Positions 11,715-21,870 of a stretch of 64,000 nt of DNA are shown here, one piece after another; position 1 is the stretch's first letter, and each line of letters starts with the position of its first letter. Below the pieces are notes generated by a model, which saw only the letters and a program-made list of their open reading frames with translations, was not told the origin of the DNA and did not search any database. This DNA is from Leidyana gryllorum EB-2025a (lineage: Eukaryota; Protista; Apicomplexa). The DNA is taken from assembly GCA_048772705.1 (NCBI GenBank), contig JBLWGC010000115.1:1-64000 (forward strand), in the 5' to 3' direction. Position numbers and translations under genes: made by a program.

Positions 11715-12662
11715 TCACACATGCAGACCCGGCAGCAAACCTTCCTGTTTACCTGTACCCGATGGGGCATAATTGCCGTCCTGGGCTTTCTGCAAGCGCT
11801 CTGCAAAGTGTCGACGTCGTTCCTCCGAGAGTCCCGTTCCTCCACCTCCCAGGGATTCGCGAGCAATGGCAATGCCTGGATCAACAGTGGTGGTGGTGGT
11901 GGTCGTCGTCGTCAGAGGTCCATCGAAGGATTGACTTTCCCTATTGATGGCCCCGTCAGTTGCATCGCGTCTGGCCTCCGCCTCCGCTCCTGCCTCTTTG
12001 GTGAATTTGGCCTTGTCGGCCTCACTGGCCCCCAGGGGTCCCAGCAGACTGGCGTCGAACTGCTTCTGCATCTCCAAGAGCCATTGATCCTTGACGTAAT
12101 TCACTCCATAGTTCCACGAGGGCAGTATGCCTTCGGCCACTCCGGCGGTCATGTCGTTTTCTCTGAGCTGATTCCAGATCTCCGTGTCGGGCCGAATATA
12201 CCCATTCTCATCAAAGAACCCGAAACCAGTCTTAAGATTCGTCAAAAGGGCATTCCCTTTGCTCAGACGGTCGGGTATGATGCCTTTATTGACCACAGCC
12301 GCAGGATTCACGGGTAATCTGGCATCGCCTCCAATTTTTGAGAGTTGTTCCAACATTTTGGGATCGAGGCCAAAGTCGCTGGGTAACGCTGAACGCACAT
12401 TCTTGAGCGGACCCGACAGCGGGTCGGCTTCCTGCACAGAGCGCGACACCCCGCCCGACGACTCAGCAGATTGAGAAGATCGGGTGGAGGATGCGGCAGG
12501 GAGCTCATAAGGCACGAGACGCGGCACAGGGATCGGGACATAAACCGGCGTCACCTCGAATACGGGCAGATGAATGATTTGTGGTGCAGCTATGAGGTTA
12601 CTCCGAGCCCAGCCTGTCATTATTCGGTCGATGAGGGACAGGAAAAGCCCACAGCCGACCAA
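11715..12662 (-). CDS. Orphan cluster gene 2 (PIPVP motif, RSSQ and RSVQ); true 5' end unresolved
   Basis: APQIIHLPVFEVTPVYVPIPVPRL and GVSRSVQ; ORF begins at TTG, possibly with an upstream exon. Confidence 0.7.
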   Translation of the reverse strand: MVGCGLFLSLIDRIMTGWARSNLIAAPQIIHLPVFEVTPVYVPIPVPRLVPYELPAASSTRSSQSAESSGGVSRSVQEADPLSGPLKNVRSALPSDFGLDPKMLEQLSKIGGDARLPVNPAAVVNKGIIPDRLSKGNALLTNLKTGFGFFDENGYIRPDTEIWNQLRENDMTAGVAEGILPSWNYGVNYVKDQWLLEMQKQFDASLLGPLGASEADKAKFTKEAGAEAEARRDATDGAINRESQSFDGPLTTTTTTTTTVDPGIAIARESLGGGGTGLSEERRRHFAERLQKAQDGNYAPSGTGKQEGLLPGLHV

Positions 12663-13338
12663 AAAGTCTCACTGTCTGCACTGTATCTCCTTATTCGCCC
12701 GGGACAAGCCGTCTCGATCCGACTGAGGCAGACAGAAAAGTGTCATAAGGTTGGTAGTTCGACCTTAAGCTGGCGAGAAGGTGGAGGCATTTCTCCAATG
12801 TCTGTTGGGCCCAACGAATCTCTTCCTCGTTTTCCACTTTTTGAAGCATCACACATTGCGACACGGCCCCGTCTCGTCTGAGACCTCTTACTCTGTTGAC
12901 CAATTACGCGTCTCCTATCTGTGGTGGGAGTATTTATGGCCACAAGGCGACATGAGACACTGGTGAGCGACGCTTATGTGTCGCCAGACGACATTGGCAC
13001 TGTAAGAAGATCGCTGAAGCCGTATCGAATAGCGGGGGTGACAAGTTTGGGAGTTTGAGAATCTGAACGTTTGGAGGGTACTCCCCTCGGAAACGTTCTG
13101 TAGGAGACGCCGCGCTGCGCTGCGCCGCGCCGTAGAGGCACAGCAAACGCAACTCGTGTCTCCAAGTGGAACGGTGTGGTGAGAGTCGTCAATGGGTGTC
13201 TCCCGCGACGACAGTGGGAGAGTGGTGCCAGGGTTGTGGAGAGACATTTGGTCACTATTTCTTCCGAGAAGGAGGAATCTTGAATGTGTGGGCGTACTGA
13301 TGATTGTTGAAACGAGGGACAGAAAAGCAAACTAACTC

Positions 13339-14096
13339 ATGAGAGCGAGCTTGCTTCTCACTGCGGTAGCGTGGGCTAATGGATGGACGTCTCCATGCGC
13401 CCCTCCCCAGGTGATCAGGACACCTATTTATCGTGTCAACGAGGTGCCATGTGAGTCGTGTCATGATGGACACCAGCACATATGTTGTCTCAGTCCCGAT
13501 CCCTGTGCCACAATTCTTTCCGATGGGTGGAGCGCGGCCGGTGAGTCAAGTTGATATCTGTTTGTATGGGGTCTCAGACGGTATTGGCGAACCAGAACGG
13601 GTGGGGCGGAGGTGCTGCCCATACATTTCAGGCTTTGATGTCTGATCACGCTGGGAGGGGGGCCTCCCGAGGTTCTGATGAGGGCCGAAAGGGGAGAGGT
13701 GGAGGGGAGAGATCGACTTCCCAGATTTCCGGATCCTCGTCGGATGAACCGAAGCGTACCACCCAGTCTCACGTGGAAGATGAGGACAACACGCACGAAT
13801 TGATTGTGAAGGGAGGGGACGGCGCGAGTGGACAAGGTATCATAATGAACAACCACGGTATTCTGAGTGGAACCAATACTGGTGTGTCTCTGCATGTGCT
13901 ATCTTCCGTGGGAAGTGGAGCCAAGTATCGCACAGTCGAAAACGAAGAGAACAAGGTGAACATTGTCAGAACCAGTCGACGGAGTGTTGGAGACCAGCAA
14001 GAATTAGAGAAGGAGGGAACTGCTCTGGACATTGGTCGCGTAGCGAAAGGCGACCAGCAATTACAAGTAGCCCCTTTGGTGTCCCCAAATGAATGA
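13339..14096 (+). CDS. Secreted orphan, cluster gene 3 (introns 13451-13493, 13541-13577)
   Basis: Spliced MRASLLLTAVAWANG-WTSPCAPPQVIRTPIYRVNEVPFPIPVPQF...; both introns GT-AG and frame-restoring; C-terminal NNHGILSG module. Confidence 0.75.
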
Positions 14097-14124
14097 AGTC
14101 GCCGGTAGGCGAAAAACTGTTGCT

Positions 14125-14595
14125 ATGCGTTGGATCACAATTGTAAAGTGCGTGCTTGCCCACCAAGCAATCTACCTCCCTCAGTTTACCTTCCGTACCG
14201 TTCCTGTGCCGATTCCGGTGCCACGATATGTACCAACGCTAATGCAGCCGCCCCCCAGCAGCACAGTCGCTGATCGGAATCAGGCATTACGGGGCAGAAG
14301 ATCAGCGCAGGCGACCGGAAGCAAGAGTGTGCAAGGGATCGATAGCTACAGCGATAGCTACAGCGACAGCGAGAGCTACAGCGACAGCGAGGAACCTGTT
14401 GATATCAACTACTACAATGGAGGATCTGCGAATGAACAGACATCGATGCAATCTCAGAACTCAGGAATTGGATCGGCGCTTCAGGTGCTGCTGGATCTTA
14501 ATGTCATCGCTGGTCTTCTGAGCAAGCAGCAAACAGTCGATAATCATGCGTCACGGCTTAATGTCAAGGGTCAGTCGGGACAGAGGCCGGCATAA
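14125..14595 (+). CDS. Secreted orphan, cluster gene 4 (PIPVP, RRSAQ, DSYS repeats)
   Basis: MRWITIVKCVLA-HQAIYLPQFTFRTVPVPIPVPRY; RGRRSAQ; NSGIGS..IAGLL..NV module. Confidence 0.75.
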   Translation: MRWITIVKCVLAHQAIYLPQFTFRTVPVPIPVPRYVPTLMQPPPSSTVADRNQALRGRRSAQATGSKSVQGIDSYSDSYSDSESYSDSEEPVDINYYNGGSANEQTSMQSQNSGIGSALQVLLDLNVIAGLLSKQQTVDNHASRLNVKGQSGQRPA

Positions 14596-14660
14596 CCGGT
14601 TCCTCCCCATTGACTGAAAAAGAATCTGAACGTACACAATACGTGACAAGCATCATCGCA

Positions 14661-15498
14661 ATGCGCGCGACTTTGCTATGCCCAGTGCTCTTGACTGTCC
14701 TGGCGACAGCTCATAACTGTATTAAAACCCCAACAACTAATGCTGCCCTACTTCGCAGTCGTGCCTTTGGCGCACCGGCACTACAAGGGATCGGTATCGG
14801 AGCAGGCGCCGGAGTCGGAGCCAAAGCGGGTGTTAGCACCCAGGGTTTCGGGGACTACTACAACCGCCCCTACTGGAATAATTACTGGCGTCCGTTTCTG
14901 ACCAGTTCGGCCTACTCCCGTCAACCCTCCTTTGACAGCTATCAGGCTGGACCCAACCGTGAGTTCTATCTGGCAACATCGAGTTTGATCAATGATACCA
15001 ACAGAGGGAGGTTCAACGCTTATCGGCGGTGGAAGCGGCCGTCAGGCTACCGTGCAGAGCTTGGATGAGAGGGTTGAGTCGCACGACGGTGGTATGTCCA
15101 ACATGGGTTGGTCAATGTCTGAGAATGCCGCGGGTGCACTCAATGACTTTAGCTTCGCCGCCAAGATCTGGGCACTCCTGTCACACATCGCCAAGGACGA
15201 CCAAGACACATCCCGCAGTGAAAGCTTCACCGACGTCGGCCCTGACCACCCCCAGCGTGAGGTTATGGCGGTGGCCCCCAGTGGCCCTAACGACGTCCAC
15301 CGCGAGCTACCTTACCCCACCAAGACCATAAATACCAATGCTGGTGAGGGTAATGTGGGCTTCCACCATGGTGTGGACAATCACGGTCTCGGAAACGGCC
15401 TCTCCGGATACCTCCAAATCATGGCCTTCCTCGCCGACGTTTTCAACTCGGAGCGGAAGGCGAGCCGGACCCGCAGTGAAACTAATGTCAACTCCTGA
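14661..15498 (+). CDS. Secreted Gly/Tyr/Trp-rich orphan, cluster gene 5 (intron 14959-15004)
   Basis: Signal peptide MRATLLCPVLLTVLATA; GIGIGAGAGVGAKAGVSTQGFG; 46-nt intron joins the ORFs in frame. Confidence 0.75.
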
Positions 15499-15792
15499 TC
15501 GCCTTTTACCTCCCACCCCTCTTGGAGAATGTAATCTGTAAATAACCTTCTATCGAACATTTATACTCTACACGCTGTAATGGCTCGAACTGACAACTCC
15601 TGACGACTTGGCGTGCCTATCGAAACAACACCGCCCCGGGCAAGCAGGCATTTGCGGGTGCGCGTTGCTTTTCCGCACCCCAATGGGAAAGGCAGTCAGC
15701 CATCTCGTTAACGTCCCGCGGTCCCGCGGCCGGTGAAAAGATCTCCATTTTCCAGTCGGCACTGCCTCAGCATCTGACCATAGTTGACCAAC

Positions 15793-16256
15793 ATGTACAG
15801 GTGGATTGTATCTACTGCTCTTGTAGCGCTTACGCGCGCGCACTATTATGATGCGTACGCATCACAGAGCTGCCCGCCACCTCAGATATACTATTGTGAG
15901 TCGCGAGAGGCCTCGAGACACGTTATATTCATTCTTCTCCTCGCTATTCAGATCCTGTGTACCGAACTGTCAATGTTGATTGGCAAATTCCGTATCCCAC
16001 CTTCAGTGCTCCCAGCACACAGGCGGTGAACGCACCCGTCGTGGCAGAACAAGGCCTCGCACGATCAGCGCAAGCGTTCCACGGAATCAATAACGTTTCG
16101 GGCGGACAGTCGAACAGTGGGGGCGGCTCCACCGTCGGTTCCAGTGGCGCCCTGAACGGTGTCAATTTGGCCGCGAAGGGTGCCGTTCTCTTATCCAACC
16201 TCCTCGCCAAAGAACAAACTTCTCGCTGGGACAGCAGTTCGATCTCGGCGCACTAA
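15793..16256 (+). CDS. Secreted orphan, cluster gene 6 (intron 15896-15951)
   Basis: MYRWIVSTALVALTRA-HYYDAY..CPPPQIYYYPVYRTVNVDWQIPYP..GLARSAQ..SSGALNG module. Confidence 0.78.
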
Positions 16257-16323
16257 TCGCAGGCCCAGGGACACTTTGCGTCATATGTGAAAACATACAT
16301 TGTTTAGTAATCGCAATGCTCCT

Positions 16324-17079
16324 ATGCATCATATGTTAATCAACCCACTTCTTATTCTATATCACTATTTGGAGTGCGTTCCTGCTCTCTCACGTATCAA
16401 TGGATCAGGTGGGGTGGCCCTCCAGCTTCCGAACTATACACAAGTGGACTTTGTTCAACCCCCCCATTTCGGCACCACCGTAGCTCAGGTCGAACATGAT
16501 TCTGACAGCTACTTATCGCAATCGCCAGCACAAGTTGGGCAAACCGGAAGCTTGCGCGCTCAGGCCGAACAACCTCTTCCAATCAGCACTAACCACCGAG
16601 CACCACACCAACTTGTCGTCGAGGCTGGCGCGATTCACTCCAATGCGCTCAGAGGGACTTCCACAGACCGTAAAAAAGACATCCCCCACAACAGTGGGAT
16701 CGACCCAGTAGCTGACGACCACTTGGAAGCTGCCCCCCCAACGACCAGCAGTACCACTTCAAACCGGCTGCAGCCCGTTAGGCAAAACTCAAATGCACCA
16801 AGCCAAAGAAAGACACAGCCGGACGAGGCGAAAGCAGTGATTACCAGCCCAACGACGACGACTACTACACCCTCACTGACGAAAACGCACATTTCCACAA
16901 CCACACCTGACGCTCTCACAAGTTCGGAAGAAGACTCAAGTGTGCTAAGACACAATGACGCATCGAGAGACTCACAATCCATATTGAATAGCTTTGTCAA
17001 TAAAGTCAATGAGTATCGTTTACGGCGAAAGAAGCTTTTCAGACCGGGCCAACTGATTCCGGTGACGACGGAAATGTGA
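16324..17079 (+). CDS. Probably secreted Thr/Ser-rich (mucin-like) orphan, cluster gene 7
   Basis: Hydrophobic N-terminus (MLINPLLILYHYLECVPA); poly-Thr; C-terminal PGQLIPV resembles PGQVVPI in gene 8. Confidence 0.65.
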   Translation: MHHMLINPLLILYHYLECVPALSRINGSGGVALQLPNYTQVDFVQPPHFGTTVAQVEHDSDSYLSQSPAQVGQTGSLRAQAEQPLPISTNHRAPHQLVVEAGAIHSNALRGTSTDRKKDIPHNSGIDPVADDHLEAAPPTTSSTTSNRLQPVRQNSNAPSQRKTQPDEAKAVITSPTTTTTTPSLTKTHISTTTPDALTSSEEDSSVLRHNDASRDSQSILNSFVNKVNEYRLRRKKLFRPGQLIPVTTEM

Positions 17080-17137
17080 TTTAGGTTTTCAGCACCTCCA
17101 GCAGGCTTGATAGGAAAAGTGTGCATATCGCATCCAA

Positions 17138-17906
17138 ATGATGCGGAAGCTCGTGTTCTCAGCCGTTCTGGCAATTGGAAGTTCTGCAAGCGATTGGGGT
17201 TTCCTCGGATGGGATACCGGTCTTGCTCGTTCCGCTGGCCGTCACCAAGCCGTCGATGAAGAATTGCAGTTGGCACTCGCCTTGCTGAGCATTCCCCCTC
17301 CGCCTATATCGAACTTGCCTCCGTTGGTGATCCCAGTCCCGTTTCCGGTGCAAGTGCCGGTGTACGTGTCAGCTCCGACTACCGCCGGTGTTTCGCGGAC
17401 TGCGCAATCTTTGCGGGGTGGCGGTTCAGCCCCTCCCGCCGGAGCGGCAGGTGGCTCTTTGGTGAAGCAGGTGCAGGGGACGGCGAGGAAGTCTCTCGAA
17501 GATCTGGTAGACGGTGGCAAGCATGAGCAGGACGTCAACCGTCCTCTTACACCTTATCATCCTGGTCAGGTGGTGCCCATCGAGGAGGTTTCCAACGGTA
17601 AGGCGTGAGATATCTGAGGGTTATCGAGCATCAGCTCCTCAATCGGTTGACAGAGACGGAGTAGCGAGGAGCGTTCAGGCCGCTGAGGATGGTGGCGAGC
17701 CCCAAAATCACCACCACCACCACCATGGTGGTGTAGGAGATGTTCGTCAAATCTTTGGAGGAGATTCGTCGCAACAGACAGTTCTGCAGGATGGTAACAA
17801 AGGTATTGGGGTGGCTAACAATTTCTACACCTCCCTCGGATTGCTCGACAACTGGGGATCGCAGAAGCAGACAACGCAGAAGAGTTCCAATCAACTGACG
17901 TCATGA
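17138..17906 (+). CDS. Secreted orphan, cluster gene 8 (intron 17598-17634)
   Basis: Signal peptide; ARSAG, VSRTAQ, VARSVQ; IPVPFPVQVP; His6 tract; NKGIG module. Confidence 0.78.
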
Positions 17907-17923
17907 GCTCAGCCGGATTGTTA

Positions 17924-18655
17924 TCAACGTTGGTGAATCGTAGTATTCTTCTTTTTTACGTCTTTGCCGCGATACTCGCCGCCTGCGATACCCGCAAGTA
18001 TTGGCAACTCACCGCTGAAAAACATGTTTGTCAGTATCCCTTCTCCCCCCTTTTGATAATAAGCATTGTCTTCTAGATCATCTCCCGTGAAGGTCATCTG
18101 CACAGATCGCTCGGGAGTTTTGCCGTCCTCGCCGTCAGACTGTGGGGAGGCTTTGGGCGACGCCTCACCGGCCTCCACGTCTTGACTTGTTACGGACCAC
18201 TTGGAGGAACTGGTGAATGCGGTTGCGGGAGAACCAGACACAAAGGTTGTTGGAGGACCGGGCTGAGCGTACACCACTGTGGTGCTGGGCTGGGTGTAGA
18301 CGACGCTAGCAGGCGGGGGACTGTAAAATACAGTCGATCCTCCTCCAAGAGCCGTAAAAGATGGAGTGCTTCCTGGTATCACCACGATCTGTGTCGTGCC
18401 TCCCGCCACACCCGGACTGTATGACACGGTGGAGGACGACGAAAAGTCGACTTGGTACTTCGGAATGTTCCGAGCTGTCATAACAGCTTGAAGGTATGCG
18501 CGCCGATCGTTTTGAGCCGGAAATAGGCCTTCATTGCCGTACCCAGGCAGCCGGCTCGCCATGGGCCGACCATATTGCAAGTGGACATGAGGGAGCCATC
18601 CACAAGAGGCTTCCGCCAGGCCATGAGCGATAACGAGACCAATCACGTGTCTCAT
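17924..18655 (-). CDS. Secreted orphan, cluster gene 9
   Basis: MRHVIGLVIAHGLAEA; repeated TV(S/F/V)Y(S/T/A)xP units; ERSVQ; GEGIL..LAGIA module. Confidence 0.75.
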   Translation of the reverse strand: MRHVIGLVIAHGLAEASCGWLPHVHLQYGRPMASRLPGYGNEGLFPAQNDRRAYLQAVMTARNIPKYQVDFSSSSTVSYSPGVAGGTTQIVVIPGSTPSFTALGGGSTVFYSPPPASVVYTQPSTTVVYAQPGPPTTFVSGSPATAFTSSSKWSVTSQDVEAGEASPKASPQSDGEDGKTPERSVQMTFTGDDLEDNAYYQKGGEGILTNMFFSGELPILAGIAGGEYRGKDVKKKNTTIHQR

Positions 18656-18830
18656 GAGAGATGCCCCGAAGCTTTTTCTCGGGAGGGCTCTACATAAGTC
18701 CCATCAATAAGCCCAAGACCGTCACTGCTTTTACTCCTCCGGTGCTTACAACTGGGTGGGCTGCAGTCATATTACGTCTCATATTTGGTCAGTTAATGGC
18801 ATATAGCAGTAGCGTTAAGAATGTGCGATT

Positions 18831-19390
18831 CTAATAACGGCGGTGACTGTACATATTGGTCAGGTCGATGTTGCTCGAGGATGATTGCTGGTTGTTCGCG
18901 TCTCCGAGAACTCCGTTCGCAACGTTAGCACGGAGGCTTCCACTAGCGCCGTTGAGGGCACCGTTTTCCATGTTACGGTGGTTAGTCACGCGAGCTGCGT
19001 CGTCATTCTGAGATCCGCTGGGCAACGCTTGGGCGGTACGCGACAAGCCACCACGAACACCGTAACCACGATTCCACCAGCCGCCTGCCGTTCGAAGCAT
19101 AAATGTAGCGTCCTTCACCTCACTCACGGTTGTATCTACCCCAAGGATAGTAATTACGGCGGCCCCAGCCACCCCAGGGTCCGTCCCACTCTCCGAAACC
19201 TGTTAGGGGGAGATTTGTTGTTGCCAGTGCATGTTCACTAACCTTGGGTGGAGACACCAGCACCAGCACCAACGCCGACCCCGAGCCCCGCAGGGCTGGG
19301 TGCAGTGCCTGCGGTATAAGCGGTATAAGCGGTATCACAGTGGGCTGTGGCCGCAGCGATCAGAGCAGATCCAATAATAGCAAATTTCAT
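18831..19390 (-). CDS. Secreted Gly/Trp/Tyr-rich orphan, cluster gene 10 (introns 19200-19242, 19085-19127); paralogue of gene 5
   Basis: Manual splice: MKFAIIGSALIAAATAHCDTAYTAYTAG..GLGVGVGAGAGVSTQGFGEWDGPWGGWGRRNYYPWGRYNRGWWNRGYGVRGGLSRTAQ..; two 43-nt introns; missed by the ORF track. Confidence 0.8.
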
Positions 19391-19556
19391 GTTGCCTTAA
19401 GTTTGTCCAGTTGTGAGGGACCAGCGGTCAACCATGAAAGGAGCATTTTTCATACAATCCCAATGACCCATCATGCCTCCCTCATCTTTCGTGGGAAAAT
19501 CGGGAGGAAGTGGGTCGCAGAATCCACACCGTAGAATATACACTGTTCACTCAGAG

Positions 19557-19573
19557 CACACACACACACACAC
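19557..19573. repeat. (CA)n microsatellite
   Basis: cacacacacacacacac in the intergenic region upstream of cluster gene 10. Confidence 0.7.
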
Positions 19574-19702
19574 CGTGCGTACGGCACTCAGCCCCGCTCA
19601 ATCAAAAAGCAGCAGTAAAGCCCCAGATGAACATACTAGACATCAGTATTACACATTTATGCAGAATCTATGCGATAATGCACCGGTCGCGGAAAGCTTT
19701 TT

Positions 19703-20156
19703 TTACGGTGAACCTGTCGGCAGCCCTATGGGCCGATTAGCGATATATCCCTGGGCTGTTCTTGACAACGGGCGCTCGGTGCGATGCAGCGACGCGATAA
19801 TAGTGTCGTCGATCCGGCCGGTTCCGGAGCCCCTGTGCCGCAGCAATAGAAAGGGTTGCCCAAATGTTGAGAGCGCAGACACAGGGCCTCTAAAGATTCG
19901 CAGGTGATCTCACCTTGTCGAGCAGTACAGCCTCCTCGGGACTGGAGTGCGTGAGTTCTCTCAGTCGCCTGCGGTGCTGCTGATGACATCCGTTCCGCTG
20001 TGTGGCTCGCCCATAGTACCCGAAATACGAGGGCTTTCTGACGAACCCTCTAATCGGTCGTCTGGACCGGAAAGGTCGCAGATACCATGAGTGACCCATC
20101 ACTAGATTGCACCAGATGGGGATCAAAAGGATCAGAATCAGAGTAGGAACTCGCAT
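19703..20156 (-). CDS. Secreted Arg-rich orphan, cluster gene 11; 3' exon structure unresolved
   Basis: Signal peptide MRVPTLILILLIPIWCNLVMG; a downstream frame encodes ..RPLSRTAQGY..* (SRTAQ at 19751-19765, stop at 19703). Confidence 0.5.
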
Positions 20157-20484
20157 ATTGTCCCGATAAGGGTCACTTTTTCATTAGCCAGCGGTGGTAA
20201 AGTGACGTCGGTGTGCTTGACGAGCTGCCCACTGTTCATCCCTGGTTACACAATTTACATAGGAAGGCTCCCGAGCAAGAAAAGACGAGAAAGTACCAAT
20301 GTGGGGTGTATCTGGTGTATAGGAAGATTATTACTTTACTACTTGTCAGAGTGTAGAAACAAAGTGTCTTCCGGTTCCCAAAGGTTATATAATAGGCGAG
20401 AAAGCAATAAAGGAATACATCATACTCGTTCTGATGTCGTCATCGAGGCGGTCAAAGTGGCAGGTATGCTGCTTCGAGAGCGAA

Positions 20485-20793
20485 CTAAGGGATTGGCAGA
20501 CTCGGAGTTGACGGGAGAGCTCCAGTGGCTCCACCAGTCACTGCCCCAGCACCTGCGAGAGGGTTGGGGAAGCCGATCGACCCCGAGAAGGTGGCCGAAG
20601 GGAAGAAGGGCAAGAACGCAGGAGGAGTGAGACCGAAGCTGTAGGTAAAGTCGGCCGGGCCCCGGAGTATCGGCCTCGCGAAAGGACCCAGTGCAACAGG
20701 CGGAGTGTAGCAGGGATGCATCGAAGTCTTATAATAGTCGTACATTCCCATCGCGGGGGTCAACAACAGAACGAGTGACGTATATTTGAGCAT
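20485..20793 (-). CDS. Small secreted Pro-rich orphan, cluster gene 12
   Basis: MLKYTSLVLLLTPAMG signal peptide; YTPP..PFAR motif also in gene 14. Confidence 0.7.
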   Translation of the reverse strand: MLKYTSLVLLLTPAMGMYDYYKTSMHPCYTPPVALGPFARPILRGPADFTYSFGLTPPAFLPFFPSATFSGSIGFPNPLAGAGAVTGGATGALPSTPSLPIP

Positions 20794-20883
20794 TTTTGTT
20801 CCCAGCGTGGTATTACTATAATACTTAGGTATCGTTGATTTCTTGAAAAAGCGTGAATACCGTCCCAGTGGGAAGCGGTTTGG

Positions 20884-20915
20884 GTGTTCCCTGAGCTATT
20901 AGTGTTCCCTGAGCT
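20884..20915. repeat. Perfect 14-nt direct repeat (gtgttccctgagct x2, 4-nt spacer)
   Basis: Seen directly; ~90 nt upstream of the ATG of gene 12. Confidence 0.7.
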
Positions 20916-20973
20916 TCATCTCATACTATGAGATTCACAGACAAATATCCGATCATTCGTACGATCTTAACAC

Positions 20974-21681
20974 TCATTGTAAAATAACATTTCCTCCTGC
21001 CCCGCGAGGCCACCATGGCGGCGGCGGGACCTCAGGATCCCCTCCCGGTGGCTGAGTGGCTCCCGGAGGTAGCGTTGGGGCGACTGTCGGGATTGGAGTA
21101 GGTAGCGGAGGTCCTGGAGTTGTAATTGGCGGTGGTAAGGTCGGCACTGCCGTTGGTCCAGTAGGCGGGAGTGTCGGCACTGCCGTTGGTAAAGTCGGAA
21201 TCGGCGGCGGTAGAGTTGGAATTGGTGGCGGTAAAGTCGGGATCGGTGGCGATAAAGTCGGGATCGGTGGCGGTAGAGTCGGGATCGGTGGCGGTAGAGT
21301 CGGAAACGGCGGCGGTATCACAATTGGAGGCGGCCAACTATGCGAATGGTGGTGATGGTGGTACCCATTTGGTGGCCAAGTTCCCGGAGGGTAGGTTCCA
21401 GGGGGATAAGTTCCAGGGGGATAAGTCCCGGGAGGATAGGTGCCAGGAGGATAGTGGGATGCCTTATGGCTTTTGTGCGACCCCCAATACGCAGGGGGGA
21501 CGACGAAAGGGGGTCCTACAGGAGGTCCAATAGGGGGTCCTGTGGGAGGGCCAATAGGGGGCCAATTCCATAGTCCGCTTTTCTGCTTCCAATGACTATT
21601 GGTTCAGGTGGCAGGGACGCCTCCATACCCCTTATACCAGGCTTTGTAGGCTTGGTGAGTTAGGTATGGATTGGCGTACAT
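20974..21681 (-). CDS. Extensin-like Pro/Tyr/His-rich protein, cluster gene 13 (intron 21596-21628)
   Basis: Spliced MYANPYLTHQAYKAWYKGHWKQ..(GPP)n..(YPPGT)x5..HHHHHSH..(PTLPPPI)n; 33-nt intron restores frame; no obvious signal peptide from this ATG. Confidence 0.7.
21125..21454 (-). repeat. Coding tandem repeats: 15-nt YPPGT x5 (~21380-21454) and 21-nt PTLPPPI units (~21125-21310)
   Basis: Tandem units visible in DNA (ccagggggataagtt; gtcgggatcggtggcggtaga). Confidence 0.85.
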
Positions 21682-21870
21682 TGAATTGCGATATATATAT
21701 TTCTTTGCCTCATGGTTTGAATGACCTAGTGCTTCTAGAGCCAGGACAAAGACCGCAAGTTTTTGGCGCATCCTTTCAAGGAGCTCGGGTTGGGGTTTTT
21801 ACAATGACCGAGCGGAAAGAGGGTGAGATTTCTTGGAAAAGCCGCCTCAAATGTCCTGGTCACTGGGTCA

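Noticed and set aside
13108-13135. (GCGCY)n GC-rich run in the divergent gap between genes 2 and 3
   Set aside because: Short low-complexity run; not seen repeated at other cluster genes
21056-21533. Gly-rich + strand ORFs and a CRISPR-like periodic look
   Set aside because: Reverse complement of Pro-rich coding repeats; no unique spacers, no cas genes, eukaryotic context
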